64,000 nt of DNA from an uncultured Solibacteraceae bacterium (GCA_964505625.1 CAZDIZ010000002.1:9803-73802); one strand, 5' to 3'; counted from the first letter of the stretch, positions 18,267 to 29,327 are shown. The notes: a model not told the origin generated them from the letters alone. Translations and numbers: made by a program.

Positions 18267-19360
18267 TCCCGCAGATTTTCCACCGCAAGCGCGAGCAGAA
18301 ACAGTACCAGTGTGAGCGCGGGTATCGCCGACCAGGGCGCCCCCGCCAGGCTGACCAGATAGGGAATCGGAATCGCCGCGGTCGCCGCCGCCAGGCGCGT
18401 CCAGCGATCGTGCGAAAGGAAAATCGCCAGCGACACCGCCACCAATAGCAGCGCGGCGTCGTAACCGTAGACGTGCGGCGCGGCTACCAGTGACCCGCAC
18501 GAAGTGGCCGCCACCATGCGCCAAAGCGGAGCGCGCCACACCGCCGCGACGGCCGCTAGCACCACGGCCGAGCCCAACGCGAACGACAGCGCTTCGGACT
18601 GAATGCCAAAGTTCGCCGCGAAGCTGTACACGTTCACCATCAGTTCGGGCGAAGGCGAGAGCCGTTCGAGATCTTTCATTCGCAACAGCGCGATGTATTG
18701 GCTCACACCCGCGCTTCCGCCCAGCGCGAACGACACCGCGCCGAGCACCACAGCGCCCGCCGCAAACCCGCCCAGCGCACGCCAGCGCCGCGTAATGACC
18801 AACGCGAGCGGCCACAGCAGAAACAGATGAAACTTGGCGAGGCCCAGCGCCAAGACTGTGCCGGCCGCCACTTCGCGGCCGCGGCCGGCGAGCACGTAGA
18901 AGCCGATCACGACCAGAAGGAACAGCACGCAATCCTGGCCGTGTTGCACGCCCAGCGCCGCCGGCGCGAATAGTGCACTGAACACCAGCGCTTCCGGGCC
19001 AAAGCGGCGCCAGAGCCACACCCAACTGCCGAGTAGCAGCAGTGCCTGCAACGCCACCCAAACGACGAAAGCCCGGTCGAAGGAAAGCCAGGCCAGTGGA
19101 GCCAACAGCGCGGCGTAGAAGTGTGGACGAACGAATGGCACCAGTTGCTGCGTGCGCGGAGCCAACGCGCGTTCGGTGGCAAGCTGCGCCGCCGGATCGT
19201 GGAGCGAAGCAAAATCGCCCTGTCCCGCCAGCTTCGCACCCGTGTAGAGATTCAGGAAGTCGTGGTGCCGTGCCCCAGGGACCACCACAAACCCCAATGC
19301 CACCCACAGCAGCACGGCAACCAGAACCGTGCCAAGTACCACGAACGAAGGCCGTTGCAT
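18215..19360 (-). CDS. Polytopic membrane glycosyltransferase-like protein (DUF2029/GT87-like)
   Basis: 381 aa, about 10 TM segments. N-terminal HHDFLNLYTGAKL motif resembles DUF2029 mannosyltransferase-like proteins. The competing 588-aa ORF 17541..19307 is R/G-rich junk. Confidence 0.6.
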   Translation of the reverse strand: MQRPSFVVLGTVLVAVLLWVALGFVVVPGARHHDFLNLYTGAKLAGQGDFASLHDPAAQLATERALAPRTQQLVPFVRPHFYAALLAPLAWLSFDRAFVVWVALQALLLLGSWVWLWRRFGPEALVFSALFAPAALGVQHGQDCVLFLLVVIGFYVLAGRGREVAAGTVLALGLAKFHLFLLWPLALVITRRWRALGGFAAGAVVLGAVSFALGGSAGVSQYIALLRMKDLERLSPSPELMVNVYSFAANFGIQSEALSFALGSAVVLAAVAAVWRAPLWRMVAATSCGSLVAAPHVYGYDAALLLVAVSLAIFLSHDRWTRLAAATAAIPIPYLVSLAGAPWSAIPALTLVLFLLALAVENLRDYWTSSLSRCSATSASE

Positions 19361-19443
19361 CTTTTTTGTGTCGAAGCTCGTCCTATTATGGTATAGACTA
19401 CGTTGTCGGCGAACACTAAGACCTTGCTGGGAGAGATCGACTT

Positions 19444-19704
19444 ATGGCTTATGTGATTGCGGAACCCTGCATCGGGACCAAAGACACTGCTTGCGTGGAC
19501 GCCTGTCCGGTGGATTGCATACATCCGCGCAAAGACGAAGCGGCATTCGAGGGCGCGGAGATGCTCTACATCGATCCGGTGGAGTGCATCGACTGCGGCG
19601 CATGCGTGCCGGCGTGCCCCGTGTCAGCTATCTTTACGCTGGACGATCTGCCGGAGAAGTGGGCGCACTTCGCCCAGAAAAACGCCGAACACTACGGCCG
19701 ATAG
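19444..19704 (+). CDS. Ferredoxin (7Fe type, [3Fe-4S][4Fe-4S])
   Basis: MAYVIAEPCIGTKDTACVDACPVDCIH ... CIDCGACVPACPVSAI cysteine clusters. Confidence 0.9.
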   Translation: MAYVIAEPCIGTKDTACVDACPVDCIHPRKDEAAFEGAEMLYIDPVECIDCGACVPACPVSAIFTLDDLPEKWAHFAQKNAEHYGR

Positions 19705-20064
19705 GCCGCAATCGACGTATCGGTCTCCCAGATGCGCACTTCAGCTAGGCGTGCGCCTGTTGAGCCGAGCGCCGCGCCAAGGCCCTGGACCAGTTCCTCG
19801 TAGAACCAGCGCGCCATGTTTTCGGCCGACGGGTTCAAAGTATCGAACGGCGGAATGTCGTTCAGGAACTTGTGGTCCACGCGGTCGATGATTCCGTTCA
19901 GCACGCGCTTCACGTCGTGGAAGTCGATGAGCAGGCCCGCCGCGTCCAGATGTTCGCCTTCGATGGTGGCGCGGATCTTGTAGTTGTGCCCGTGCACGTG
20001 CTCGCACTTGCCGTGATAGTTGCGCAAGGCGTGTCCGGCGGCGAAGGTCTCTTCCACTGTCACT

Positions 20065-20072
<8 letters not shown>
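19692..20072 (-). CDS. queD: 6-carboxy-5,6,7,8-tetrahydropterin synthase
   Basis: FAAGHALRNYHGKCEHVHGHNYKIRATIEG is the QueD/PTPS zinc and catalytic motif. Confidence 0.9.
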
Positions 20073-21996
<1,924 letters not shown>

Positions 21997-22022
21997 TAAC
22001 TTCAGTATAGAAGCGGAGCGTC

Positions 22023-22901
22023 TTACGACGAGTACTTCGTGGTCAACTGCCGCAGTTTGGAAATCAACCGGGGCACGGCGGTGTCCGGCGGTTCCTTGCC
22101 TTCATATTCGAGCGCCAGGTAGCCGCGATAGTCGACCGCGGCCAACATCTTGACGATGCGCTCCCAATCGGATTCGACTCGCTTGCCGGCTTCGTCGCGG
22201 ATCAAGGACTTCATTTGCACGTTGGCGGCGTAAGGCAGGCACATCTCGATCTGCTTGTAAGGTTCTTCGCCGAAGTTGCCGGTGTCCAGATTGATGCCCA
22301 CCCATGGCGAATTGACCTTCTTGACGATCTTGACGATGGTCTCGGCCTTCTCCGTGATGCCGCCGTGGTCTTCCAGGCCCAGGATCACGCCCTTGGCGCC
22401 GGCATATTCGGCCGAGCGCGTAAGTACTTCCGCGACCCATTCAGATGCCTGGTCGATCGTGGTTCCCTCCGGCACTTTTCCGCCGAATACGCGAATGTGC
22501 CCGGCGCCCAAACGCTCGGCCACGTCCACCCACTTCTTCACGTCCGCTACTTGTTGTGAACGAAGCTCCGGCGTCGGCTGCGTCATGACGGTACGCACGG
22601 CGATGCTGTAGATAGAAACGTTGGCTTTATAGGCGGTGCGGCGCAGCGAGTTCAGAAACTGATCCGACGTATCCGGAAACCAGTAGACCGTCATGTCCAC
22701 GCCGTCGGCGCCCATGTCCGCGGTGAGGCGGAGAAGGTCTTCGTACGTCATGGTCTTGGCCTTGAGCGCTTCCCGGTATGAGTACGCGCAGACGGCGGGC
22801 TTCAAGCGGGCCTTGGTGGCTGCAGCCGCCGCGGCGGGGGTGGAACAAGTGCTGAGTGCTGTCGCCGCCGGCAGGCTGAGTAGGAGTTCTCGACGATCCA
22901 T
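22023..22901 (-). CDS. Secreted sugar phosphate isomerase/epimerase (xylose-isomerase-like TIM barrel)
   Basis: N-terminal export signal MDRRELLLSLPAATALSTCSTPAAAAA. ILGLEDHGG and NLDTGNF motifs of the family. Confidence 0.75.
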   Translation of the reverse strand: MDRRELLLSLPAATALSTCSTPAAAAAATKARLKPAVCAYSYREALKAKTMTYEDLLRLTADMGADGVDMTVYWFPDTSDQFLNSLRRTAYKANVSIYSIAVRTVMTQPTPELRSQQVADVKKWVDVAERLGAGHIRVFGGKVPEGTTIDQASEWVAEVLTRSAEYAGAKGVILGLEDHGGITEKAETIVKIVKKVNSPWVGINLDTGNFGEEPYKQIEMCLPYAANVQMKSLIRDEAGKRVESDWERIVKMLAAVDYRGYLALEYEGKEPPDTAVPRLISKLRQLTTKYSS

Positions 22902-22925
22902 GAGCCGATGCTATCATGAACATCG

Positions 22926-24218
22926 ATGTCCAATCCCACGTGCTTGCCTACGGTGGTCATCGTTGGCCGGCCCAACGTTGGTAAGTCCACCTTGTTCAAT
23001 GCGATTCTGGGGAGACGCCGCGCCATTGTGGGCGACGAACCCGGAATCACGCGCGACCGCATCCTCGGCGAGGCCGTCCATCGCGGCCGGCGCTTCGAAT
23101 TGATCGACACCGGCGGCATCCTTCCGGACGACGACGAACTGATTCCTTCCGAGATCTTCAAGCAAGCGCGTGTGGCGCTGGCCGACGCCGCGCACGTCAT
23201 TTTCCTGGTGGACGGGCGCGCCGAGATCACCGCCTCGGATCGCGAACTGGTGCGGCTGATGCGCCGTCTGGGCAAGCCGATGACGCTGGCGGTAAACAAG
23301 ATCGACACGGCCGGCCGTGCCGACTTGGTCCACGAGTTCCATGCGCTCGGCATCGGCGATGTGTTTGGCGTTTCGGCCGAGCATCGCCTCGGCCTCGAAG
23401 ACCTGCTCGATCACGTGACCGAAGGATTCGAGCTGCGCGAAGCCGCCGAGAAAGTGCCGGAAATACGCATCGCCATCATCGGCCGCCCCAACGTCGGCAA
23501 ATCGACATTGCTGAACGCACTGGCCGGTAAGGAACGCGCCATCGTGTCTCCGGTGGCGGGCACCACGCGCGACGCCGTCGATGAGAGCATTTCACGCGGT
23601 GGCAAGCGCTACGTTTTTGTCGATACGGCCGGCATTCGCCGCAAAGGAAAGACCAAGCTGATGGCCGAAAAGCTCAGCGTGGTGATGGCGCGCAAAAACA
23701 TCGAACTGGCCGATGTCGTGCTCATCGTCCTGGACGCCACCGAGGGCATTCTCGGGTTGGATGCCAACATCGCCGGCTACGCGCACGAAGAAGGCCGCGC
23801 CGTCATCATCGTGGTCAACAAATGGGACGCCGTCGAAGGCACCGGCAAGCGCGCCTTCGAAGAGCGCGTGCGCGACGAACTGAAATTCCTGGATTACGCT
23901 CCGGTCGCCTTCCTCTCGGCCAAAAACAGCGCGGGCCTCAACCGCCTGTTCGCGCACATCGAGGAAGGCTACGCTTCAGCATCATCGCGCGTGTCCACCG
24001 GTGAACTGAACCGCTTCGCGCAGACGCTTCGGATCGAGCCCGAACGCAAGATTCGTTACATCACCCAGGCGGGCGTTCGTCCGCCCACCTTTGTGTTGTT
24101 CACGGACCGCAAGCAGAAGCTGCACTTCTCCACGGAGCGATTCCTGATCAACCGCCTGCGTGAGAAGTTCGGCTTCCGCGGTACGCCGATCGTCATCAAG
24201 ACGAAGTCCGGCAAGTGA
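22926..24218 (+). CDS. der: Ribosome-biogenesis GTPase Der (EngA)
   Basis: Two tandem GTPase domains (GRPNVGKSTLFN ... DTGG; GRPNVGKSTLLN ... DTAG ... NKWD) plus a KH-like C-terminus. Confidence 0.93.
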   Translation: MSNPTCLPTVVIVGRPNVGKSTLFNAILGRRRAIVGDEPGITRDRILGEAVHRGRRFELIDTGGILPDDDELIPSEIFKQARVALADAAHVIFLVDGRAEITASDRELVRLMRRLGKPMTLAVNKIDTAGRADLVHEFHALGIGDVFGVSAEHRLGLEDLLDHVTEGFELREAAEKVPEIRIAIIGRPNVGKSTLLNALAGKERAIVSPVAGTTRDAVDESISRGGKRYVFVDTAGIRRKGKTKLMAEKLSVVMARKNIELADVVLIVLDATEGILGLDANIAGYAHEEGRAVIIVVNKWDAVEGTGKRAFEERVRDELKFLDYAPVAFLSAKNSAGLNRLFAHIEEGYASASSRVSTGELNRFAQTLRIEPERKIRYITQAGVRPPTFVLFTDRKQKLHFSTERFLINRLREKFGFRGTPIVIKTKSGK

Positions 24219-24221
24219 AAA

Positions 24222-24251
24222 CCCAGGACGGATCCGTCCGTCCCGGGTTTT
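24222..24251 (+). terminator. Intrinsic terminator downstream of der
   Basis: CCCAGGACGGA-tccg-TCCGTCCCGGG (10/11 bp) followed by TTTT. It lies between the convergent der and permease genes. Confidence 0.6.
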
Positions 24252-24266
24252 GCGCCCCGCGCCGTA

Positions 24267-25616
24267 CTACAGCCAAGCCGCCGCTTTGGCGTTTGTCTTC
24301 GGCTTGTTACCACTCACTACTTTCGGTTCCATGCCGGCCTTGGCCAGCAGCCAGTACACGGCGAACCCGGTGATGGTGCTGTAGACCGCCGCCGGCTGGC
24401 TGGCGTCCTTCAGTGTCTGCGATACCGGCAGGAACGGAATGATGCCGACCAGGAATCCCAGCGCCCAGGAAATGTAGCCCGCCCAGTTGATGCCTTCGCG
24501 CGGCCCGGCCCATTTCCTGCCTGACAGGATGTAATCGGCGATCATGGCGCCGCAGATGGGTCCGAACGAAGCACCCACGATGGAGAAGAATCCGATCAGG
24601 TCCGCCGCCGCGCCAGTCACCGCCAGGATGATGGCGATGGTCATGGCCGCCATGGTGGAGGACATACGCGGCACGCCGGGAATCATGGTCGAAAAACTGT
24701 TCGCCGCGACAAAGGCGCACACGCACGCGGGCGTGATGGAAGCGACAGCGAACAGCAGGAACATGGCCGACGCCAGCACTCCGCCGATGGAACTGATGGC
24801 CGCGTCGTAGCCGGTGGACTGCATCGTCGGATTCAACACCCGCGCGCCCGCCACCGATAGCCACGGCAGCGCGCCCGCGTACAGAGCCGCCACCGCAATG
24901 CCCACCAGGCCGCCCATGCGTATGTCGCGCGCGTTACGGCTGTTCATGCCGAAGTCCGCGCCCGCCGCGCCCGCCGTGGCGAAGAATCCGATGACAATCT
25001 GAATCAGCAGTGCGAACGACAACGCCGGATTCGGATTCGACGGCACGTGCCGCACCCAACCATCGCGCGTGCTGAACAGCACCACCAGCAGCATGAGGAA
25101 CGGAATGATGTTCAGGAACAGCGAAATGCGCGAGACGAACTGAATGCCCTTCACGCCGATGTAGGCCATCGTGTAGCCCCACAGGACGGCGATGAGGATG
25201 AACTGCGGGCTTCCCGGTGTCGCGGCGGCGCCAAACGCGGTCAGTATGTATTGCGATGCCAGATACGTGCCGACGGCGAACCATCCGACTTGCAGCACGC
25301 CCATCATCAATCCCGGCATCAGGTAGCCGCCCTTGGTTCCGAACGTTGAACTGCCGACGACGTAGAGCGGATAGCCGGTCTTCATTCCCAGCATGCCGGG
25401 GACATAGTAATAAAGCGCATAACTAAGCAATCCGGCAACGGCCAATGCCGCGATAGCGACCCCGCTTGTGGCGCGGTCCACCGTGCCCGCCGCGATCGCT
25501 TGATAGAAACCAACCCACAAAAAGATTCCGGCGTAGGAAGGCGCCGTGTTGACGTACCAGGGTGCGCGGTTCGATTCAGGGTTCGGAACCGCCTTGGAAA
25601 TGTAAGCAGGCAGCAT
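24267..25616 (-). CDS. NCS1-family nucleobase (cytosine/purine-type) permease
   Basis: 449 aa, about 12 TM segments. The N-terminal NRAPWYVNTAPSYAGIFLWVGFY region resembles CodB/CytX-type permeases. Confidence 0.65.
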   Translation of the reverse strand: MLPAYISKAVPNPESNRAPWYVNTAPSYAGIFLWVGFYQAIAAGTVDRATSGVAIAALAVAGLLSYALYYYVPGMLGMKTGYPLYVVGSSTFGTKGGYLMPGLMMGVLQVGWFAVGTYLASQYILTAFGAAATPGSPQFILIAVLWGYTMAYIGVKGIQFVSRISLFLNIIPFLMLLVVLFSTRDGWVRHVPSNPNPALSFALLIQIVIGFFATAGAAGADFGMNSRNARDIRMGGLVGIAVAALYAGALPWLSVAGARVLNPTMQSTGYDAAISSIGGVLASAMFLLFAVASITPACVCAFVAANSFSTMIPGVPRMSSTMAAMTIAIILAVTGAAADLIGFFSIVGASFGPICGAMIADYILSGRKWAGPREGINWAGYISWALGFLVGIIPFLPVSQTLKDASQPAAVYSTITGFAVYWLLAKAGMEPKVVSGNKPKTNAKAAAWL

Positions 25617-25621
25617 AGGGT

Positions 25622-25674
25622 CGCTCCTCGGTTTGAACGTGCGAATCGATCAGGTGCAAGGAGCGGCCATTATA
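25622..25674 (-). promoter_or_regulatory. Putative promoter -10 and SD-sequestering leader hairpin of the permease gene
   Basis: Minus strand: TATAAT (25674-25669), then a leader in which CGCUCCU (25665-25659) can pair with AGGAGCG (25628-25622). The second arm contains the SD, 5 nt before the ATG at 25616. Confidence 0.3.
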
Positions 25675-25693
25675 TATCAGCGCGTGGCCAAGT

Positions 25694-26239
25694 TCAGCCA
25701 CCCTGCGCGTCGTGCTTGCCGGTGCCGCCCAGTTCCTCGACTTTCGAGCCCCGGCAGTCGATACGCTGCGGCAGAGTGGCCCGCGCGCTCACCTGTCCTT
25801 CGGTGGCGCCCAATCCGGACGAACGGTCGCTCGCTCCGGCGTGCGCTACCGCGACCGACATGCGGGCCGCGTCGTCCATCATGCCTTTCAGCGCGGCTTC
25901 GAGCGGCGCCGCCAGCCGTTCCAGATCCGGACGGTTGATCATGCGGCAGAACTCTTTCGGCGAGATCGACTCCATGGTCGAGCCATCCGGCGCCGTTGTC
26001 ACCGCGATGCGGCAAGGCAGCAGCGCGGCGAAGCGCGCATCGCTGGCCAGCAGCGCCGCGTAAAGATCCGGCTGGCAGACGGTAAACGTCACGACATCCA
26101 GCGTGCCCTTGGGTTGATGTTCGCGCAGCAGGTTGCCCAGGTGACTGACGGCGAGAATGGAAGCTTCATGGTTCTGCGCGGCGCGACGCAGAATCGCCTC
26201 CATTTCCTCCAATTTGTGTCCAGATTTAACTTGCAGCAT
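25694..26239 (-). CDS. DUF302-domain protein with a C-terminal extension
   Basis: The core (VVTFTVCQPDLYAALLASDARFAALLPCRIAVTTAPDG) matches the DUF302 pattern. About 55 extra C-terminal residues have no recognisable motif. Confidence 0.55.
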   Translation of the reverse strand: MLQVKSGHKLEEMEAILRRAAQNHEASILAVSHLGNLLREHQPKGTLDVVTFTVCQPDLYAALLASDARFAALLPCRIAVTTAPDGSTMESISPKEFCRMINRPDLERLAAPLEAALKGMMDDAARMSVAVAHAGASDRSSGLGATEGQVSARATLPQRIDCRGSKVEELGGTGKHDAQGG

Positions 26240-26641
26240 GCGGAAAGCCCCCGAACAGATCATATCAGAGCGCCTCGCAGAGCAGAGTGGCCTGTTTGCA
26301 GCGCAGTTCAGTGAGAGCCACGAGGTGGAATCGTCGGAGCAAAGACAATCTCTGAAGCGGACCTATAGACGTGTCACGTCGCTCCGGGTGTCCCGGATGG
26401 CGCTTGATCCGAGAGCAATCCGCACGCAGCACTTCTCCGAGATGGCGACGGCGTGGTGACTGAGCCGTCATTGGTTGAGATTCCGACTTAACGTGGCTGT
26501 TACCATGCAGCTTGAAGCTTGCTAAGTCTACCGAATCCCCGCTGTCAAGACATCGCGAACTGGACTCGGACTCGGGAGTTGCGCCTACATTCCGCCAGTC
26601 GAATGCATTGCGCTCCAGGCGGCTTGCTGAAATGCTCTTCG

Positions 26642-27310
26642 ATGCCCTATCCTCAGTCCATGCCCGCGAATCGTCATGAGCTTCTTGCTACTTGGTACCT
26701 TCGGTTTAACGGCTATTTCACGGTTCCTGATTTTGTAGTTCACAAGGATTACCGCAACAGGTCAGGAGGGACTGACGCCGACGTATTGGCTGTGAGGTTC
26801 CCTCATTCGCGCGAATGCCAACGTCGTTTCAATTTCGACCGTGATCCAGCTCTGGTCACCAATGGCGACAAGATTGACTTCATTGTCTGCGAAGTTAAGA
26901 CGGGTCGGTGTGATTTGAATGAGTCGTGGCTGCAAACGGAACGCCACAACGTCGAGTATGCGATGCGCTGGATGGGTTTTGAAAACGACGAAATCGAGCT
27001 AAGCCAGTTAGCACGGGAAATGTACACGACTGGGATTTGTGAAAGTGTGAGGAATGGCTGCTCCGTCCGGTTTGTTGCGATCGGCAGCACGGAAAACCCA
27101 GACCTCAAGCGAAAGTTACCATCTGCCACCCAGATTTTTCACAGCGCCGTGATTGACTTCTTACGCCGCAGGTTTACGACGGGATGCGAAGGAATCAGTC
27201 GGCAGAACTGGGACCCGGATATCGCCTATTTCGCGAAGTTATGTGCCTGCGCTGATATCGAGAGGCTGCTTTGCTGGGCGCAGGAGGCGGATCAAGCCAC
27301 ACCAGCCTGA
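26642..27310 (+). CDS. PD-(D/E)xK-type nuclease-fold protein (hypothetical), in a low-GC islet
   Basis: HELLATWYLRFNGYFTVPDFVV...GGTDADVLAVRF...IDFIVCEVKTG gives an E ... (P)D ... E-x-K arrangement like YraN/NucS/Shedu-type nuclease cores. The start is uncertain (26519 TTG, 26642 or 26660 ATG). GC is visibly lower than the flanks. Confidence 0.5.
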   Translation: MPYPQSMPANRHELLATWYLRFNGYFTVPDFVVHKDYRNRSGGTDADVLAVRFPHSRECQRRFNFDRDPALVTNGDKIDFIVCEVKTGRCDLNESWLQTERHNVEYAMRWMGFENDEIELSQLAREMYTTGICESVRNGCSVRFVAIGSTENPDLKRKLPSATQIFHSAVIDFLRRRFTTGCEGISRQNWDPDIAYFAKLCACADIERLLCWAQEADQATPA

Positions 27311-27557
27311 ACTCCGACTTCCAGAAATCGGGCGCGCCGAGGGTAGTGCGATTGAAGGCGTCCCCTCGGCGAACTCCCGCAAAACCTGGGGCACATCAAT
27401 TTGACCAGTAACTCCCGATGCGTGGAAGCATCTAGCCGTCTCCGAGCGGATCGTCGACCACTCGAAAACTGGTCCCAACATCGAACTGAGCAGTGATCGA
27501 ACGTCCTTTGACTCGTGTGATGAACAGTGTCGAGTCAGTTCCTGTTGTTCAGCGGCC

Positions 27558-28151
27558 TCAGCGTGCGGTGTGCAGCTCCATCCATTCGATTGGATTGGCC
27601 GCGATGCGTGCTCGTAGCGCGGAATAGCGCAGCCGCTTCGCTGCTTCGCGTAGTGCCGCGGAACGTTCTTCACTCAGATCGACGCGGTAACAATCTGCCT
27701 TCGCTTGGTGAGAGTACTCGATGTATCGCGGCTGCGACGCACCGGCCACTTCCATCAACGCGTCCCAGTAGCTGCGGCGCCGCAGCCATGGGCGCTCCTG
27801 GCCGGTTTCGCGAAGGATTTCAATGCGGCAGCGCGGGCCCACCAGTACGGCGCGAAGGCAGAGCTCCTGGCGAAATGCGCGGGAAGGGTCGGAGTCTGGA
27901 AAGTCATTGAGCAGGCGTCGGACGCTTTCGTCGCTCTCGTCCCAGCCTTTCCAGCGGAAGCGTGACGCGCCGGAGACCAGTACACCGCGCTGCAATGTCT
28001 CGCGCACGCGCTCCGCATTCTTGCCCGTTACGACCAGGATCGTGTCCAGTAGTTCGGCAAGCGGTATCTGCTGAACCACTACTTCGGAAATCGACAGATA
28101 CTCCGCCGCCTCCGAGCTGATCTTGACGGTTACTGTGTCGCGCGCATCCAT
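27558..28151 (-). CDS. Hypothetical protein (197 aa)
   Basis: Protein-like composition and native-like GC. No motif recognised. Start taken at MDARDTV (28151). Confidence 0.5.
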   Translation of the reverse strand: MDARDTVTVKISSEAAEYLSISEVVVQQIPLAELLDTILVVTGKNAERVRETLQRGVLVSGASRFRWKGWDESDESVRRLLNDFPDSDPSRAFRQELCLRAVLVGPRCRIEILRETGQERPWLRRRSYWDALMEVAGASQPRYIEYSHQAKADCYRVDLSEERSAALREAAKRLRYSALRARIAANPIEWMELHTAR

Positions 28152-28186
28152 CGCATCGCCGCCATGTCGGATCATACAATACAACG

Positions 28187-29161
28187 GTGACCCCTTTGAC
28201 GGCGATCCTGGCCGCGGAAATCGCCGCGAACGGCCCCATCCCGTTCCGGCGCTTCATGGACGTGGCGCTCTATCATGCCGAGTACGGCTATTACCGCCGC
28301 GCGCGCGACCCGTTCGGAAAAGACGGCGACTTCTTCACAGCCGAACAACTACAGCCCGTCTTCGGCATCCTCGTCGCGTCGCGGATTGGCGCGCTGCGCG
28401 AACAACTCGCGTCATCTTCCGCATTCACGGTGGTCGAGCTTGGCGCGGGCCGAATGGAGATGGCCGAAGCGCTCGCCGGATTCAATTACATTCCTGTTGA
28501 GAATGGATGCGGGGAAATGCCCGCGCGTTTCACCGGCGCGGTATTCGCCAACGAATTCTTCGATGCGTTGCCGGTGGATCTTGTGATTGCTCGCGGCGGA
28601 ACGTGGCTCCAAATGCTGGTGGACTTCCGCGATGGGCGTTTTGTGTGGGCGGAAGGAAGCGAAGCGACACCGCGCGTGCTCGACTATGCGCGCCGCTATC
28701 AACCGGCGCCGGAAGAAGGCGTGCTGCTCGAAGTGAATCTCGATGCGCTGGATTGGTTGGAGCGCATCGCGGCGTGTCTCGAACGAGGATGGGTGCTCGC
28801 CATCGACTACGGATACACCGCGCGTGAGTTGATACGCTTCCCGCAAGGAACGCTCATGAGCTATCGCCGCCACACCGCGCACGACGACGTGCTTGCCGAA
28901 CCCGGCGGCCGCGACATCACCGCGCACGTGAACTTCACTGCGCTCATGGACCGCGCCGCGGAGTTGGGATTCGCTTGCATCAGCCTGGAGACGCTCGCGC
29001 GGACGCTGCTGGCAGAGGGAGAGCAGGATCAATTCGCTTCCGTGCTCACTGGTGTGAGCGAAGCCGAGCGCGCGCGGCGCACACTACAGCTCAAGACGCT
29101 GTTGTTTGGGATGGGAGAGACGTTCCGGACGCTGCTGCTGGAGAAGGCCGTACACCAATAA
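28187..29161 (+). CDS. SAM-dependent methyltransferase, MidA/NDUFAF7 (DUF185) family
   Basis: GPIPFRRFMDVALYHAEYGYYRR, VELGAGRMEMAEAL, ANEFFDALPVDL and DYGY motifs typical of COG1565. Confidence 0.8.
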   Translation: MTPLTAILAAEIAANGPIPFRRFMDVALYHAEYGYYRRARDPFGKDGDFFTAEQLQPVFGILVASRIGALREQLASSSAFTVVELGAGRMEMAEALAGFNYIPVENGCGEMPARFTGAVFANEFFDALPVDLVIARGGTWLQMLVDFRDGRFVWAEGSEATPRVLDYARRYQPAPEEGVLLEVNLDALDWLERIAACLERGWVLAIDYGYTARELIRFPQGTLMSYRRHTAHDDVLAEPGGRDITAHVNFTALMDRAAELGFACISLETLARTLLAEGEQDQFASVLTGVSEAERARRTLQLKTLLFGMGETFRTLLLEKAVHQ

Positions 29162-29165
29162 AAAT

Positions 29166-29185
29166 GGCCCCGTGGAACCGGGGCC
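29166..29185. terminator. Bidirectional intrinsic terminator hairpin
   Basis: GGCCCCG-tggaac-CGGGGCC, flanked by AAAAA on the plus side (a U-tract for the minus-strand transcript). It sits between the convergent methyltransferase gene and the micro-ORF. Confidence 0.65.
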
Positions 29186-29228
29186 TTGAGTGAACCTTAT
29201 TTGCGTGCAATCCCTGTTCGGGAAGCCC

Positions 29229-29300
29229 TTACTTCTTCTTCTTCGGAGCAGCCTTCTTGGCCGGGGCTTTCTTTGCAGCTTTCTTGGTCGCGTTCTTCAT
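29229..29300 (-). CDS. Lys/Ala-rich micro-protein, 23 aa (MKNATKKAAKKAPAKKAAPKKKK)
   Basis: My own translation. ATG at 29300 preceded by GGAGAA with 7-nt spacing. Has its own near-consensus promoter and a terminator. Too short to appear in the ORF track. Confidence 0.5.
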   Translation of the reverse strand: MKNATKKAAKKAPAKKAAPKKKK

Positions 29301-29327
29301 CGATTGATTCTCCCTAACATCAGATTT

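Noticed and set aside
17541-19307. 588-aa minus-strand ORF spanning the TPR and GT87-like genes
   Set aside because: Its composition is extremely Arg/Gly/Ala-rich with no motifs. It runs antisense or out of frame to two ORFs with clear protein-like features, which is typical of a high-GC shadow ORF.
26265-26471. 68-aa minus ORF and overlapping plus ORF 26157..26459 in the islet's upstream non-coding part
   Set aside because: R/L-rich with no translation signals, most likely non-coding. Mentioned only because the region is compositionally odd.
27311-27557. Short minus-strand ORF (about 31 codons, ...FITRVKGRSITAQFDVGTSFRVVDDPLGDG) in the islet's non-coding tail, as a possible antitoxin or gene remnant
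   Set aside because: It has only a CTG start, no SD and no recognisable motif, and it is too short to evaluate.
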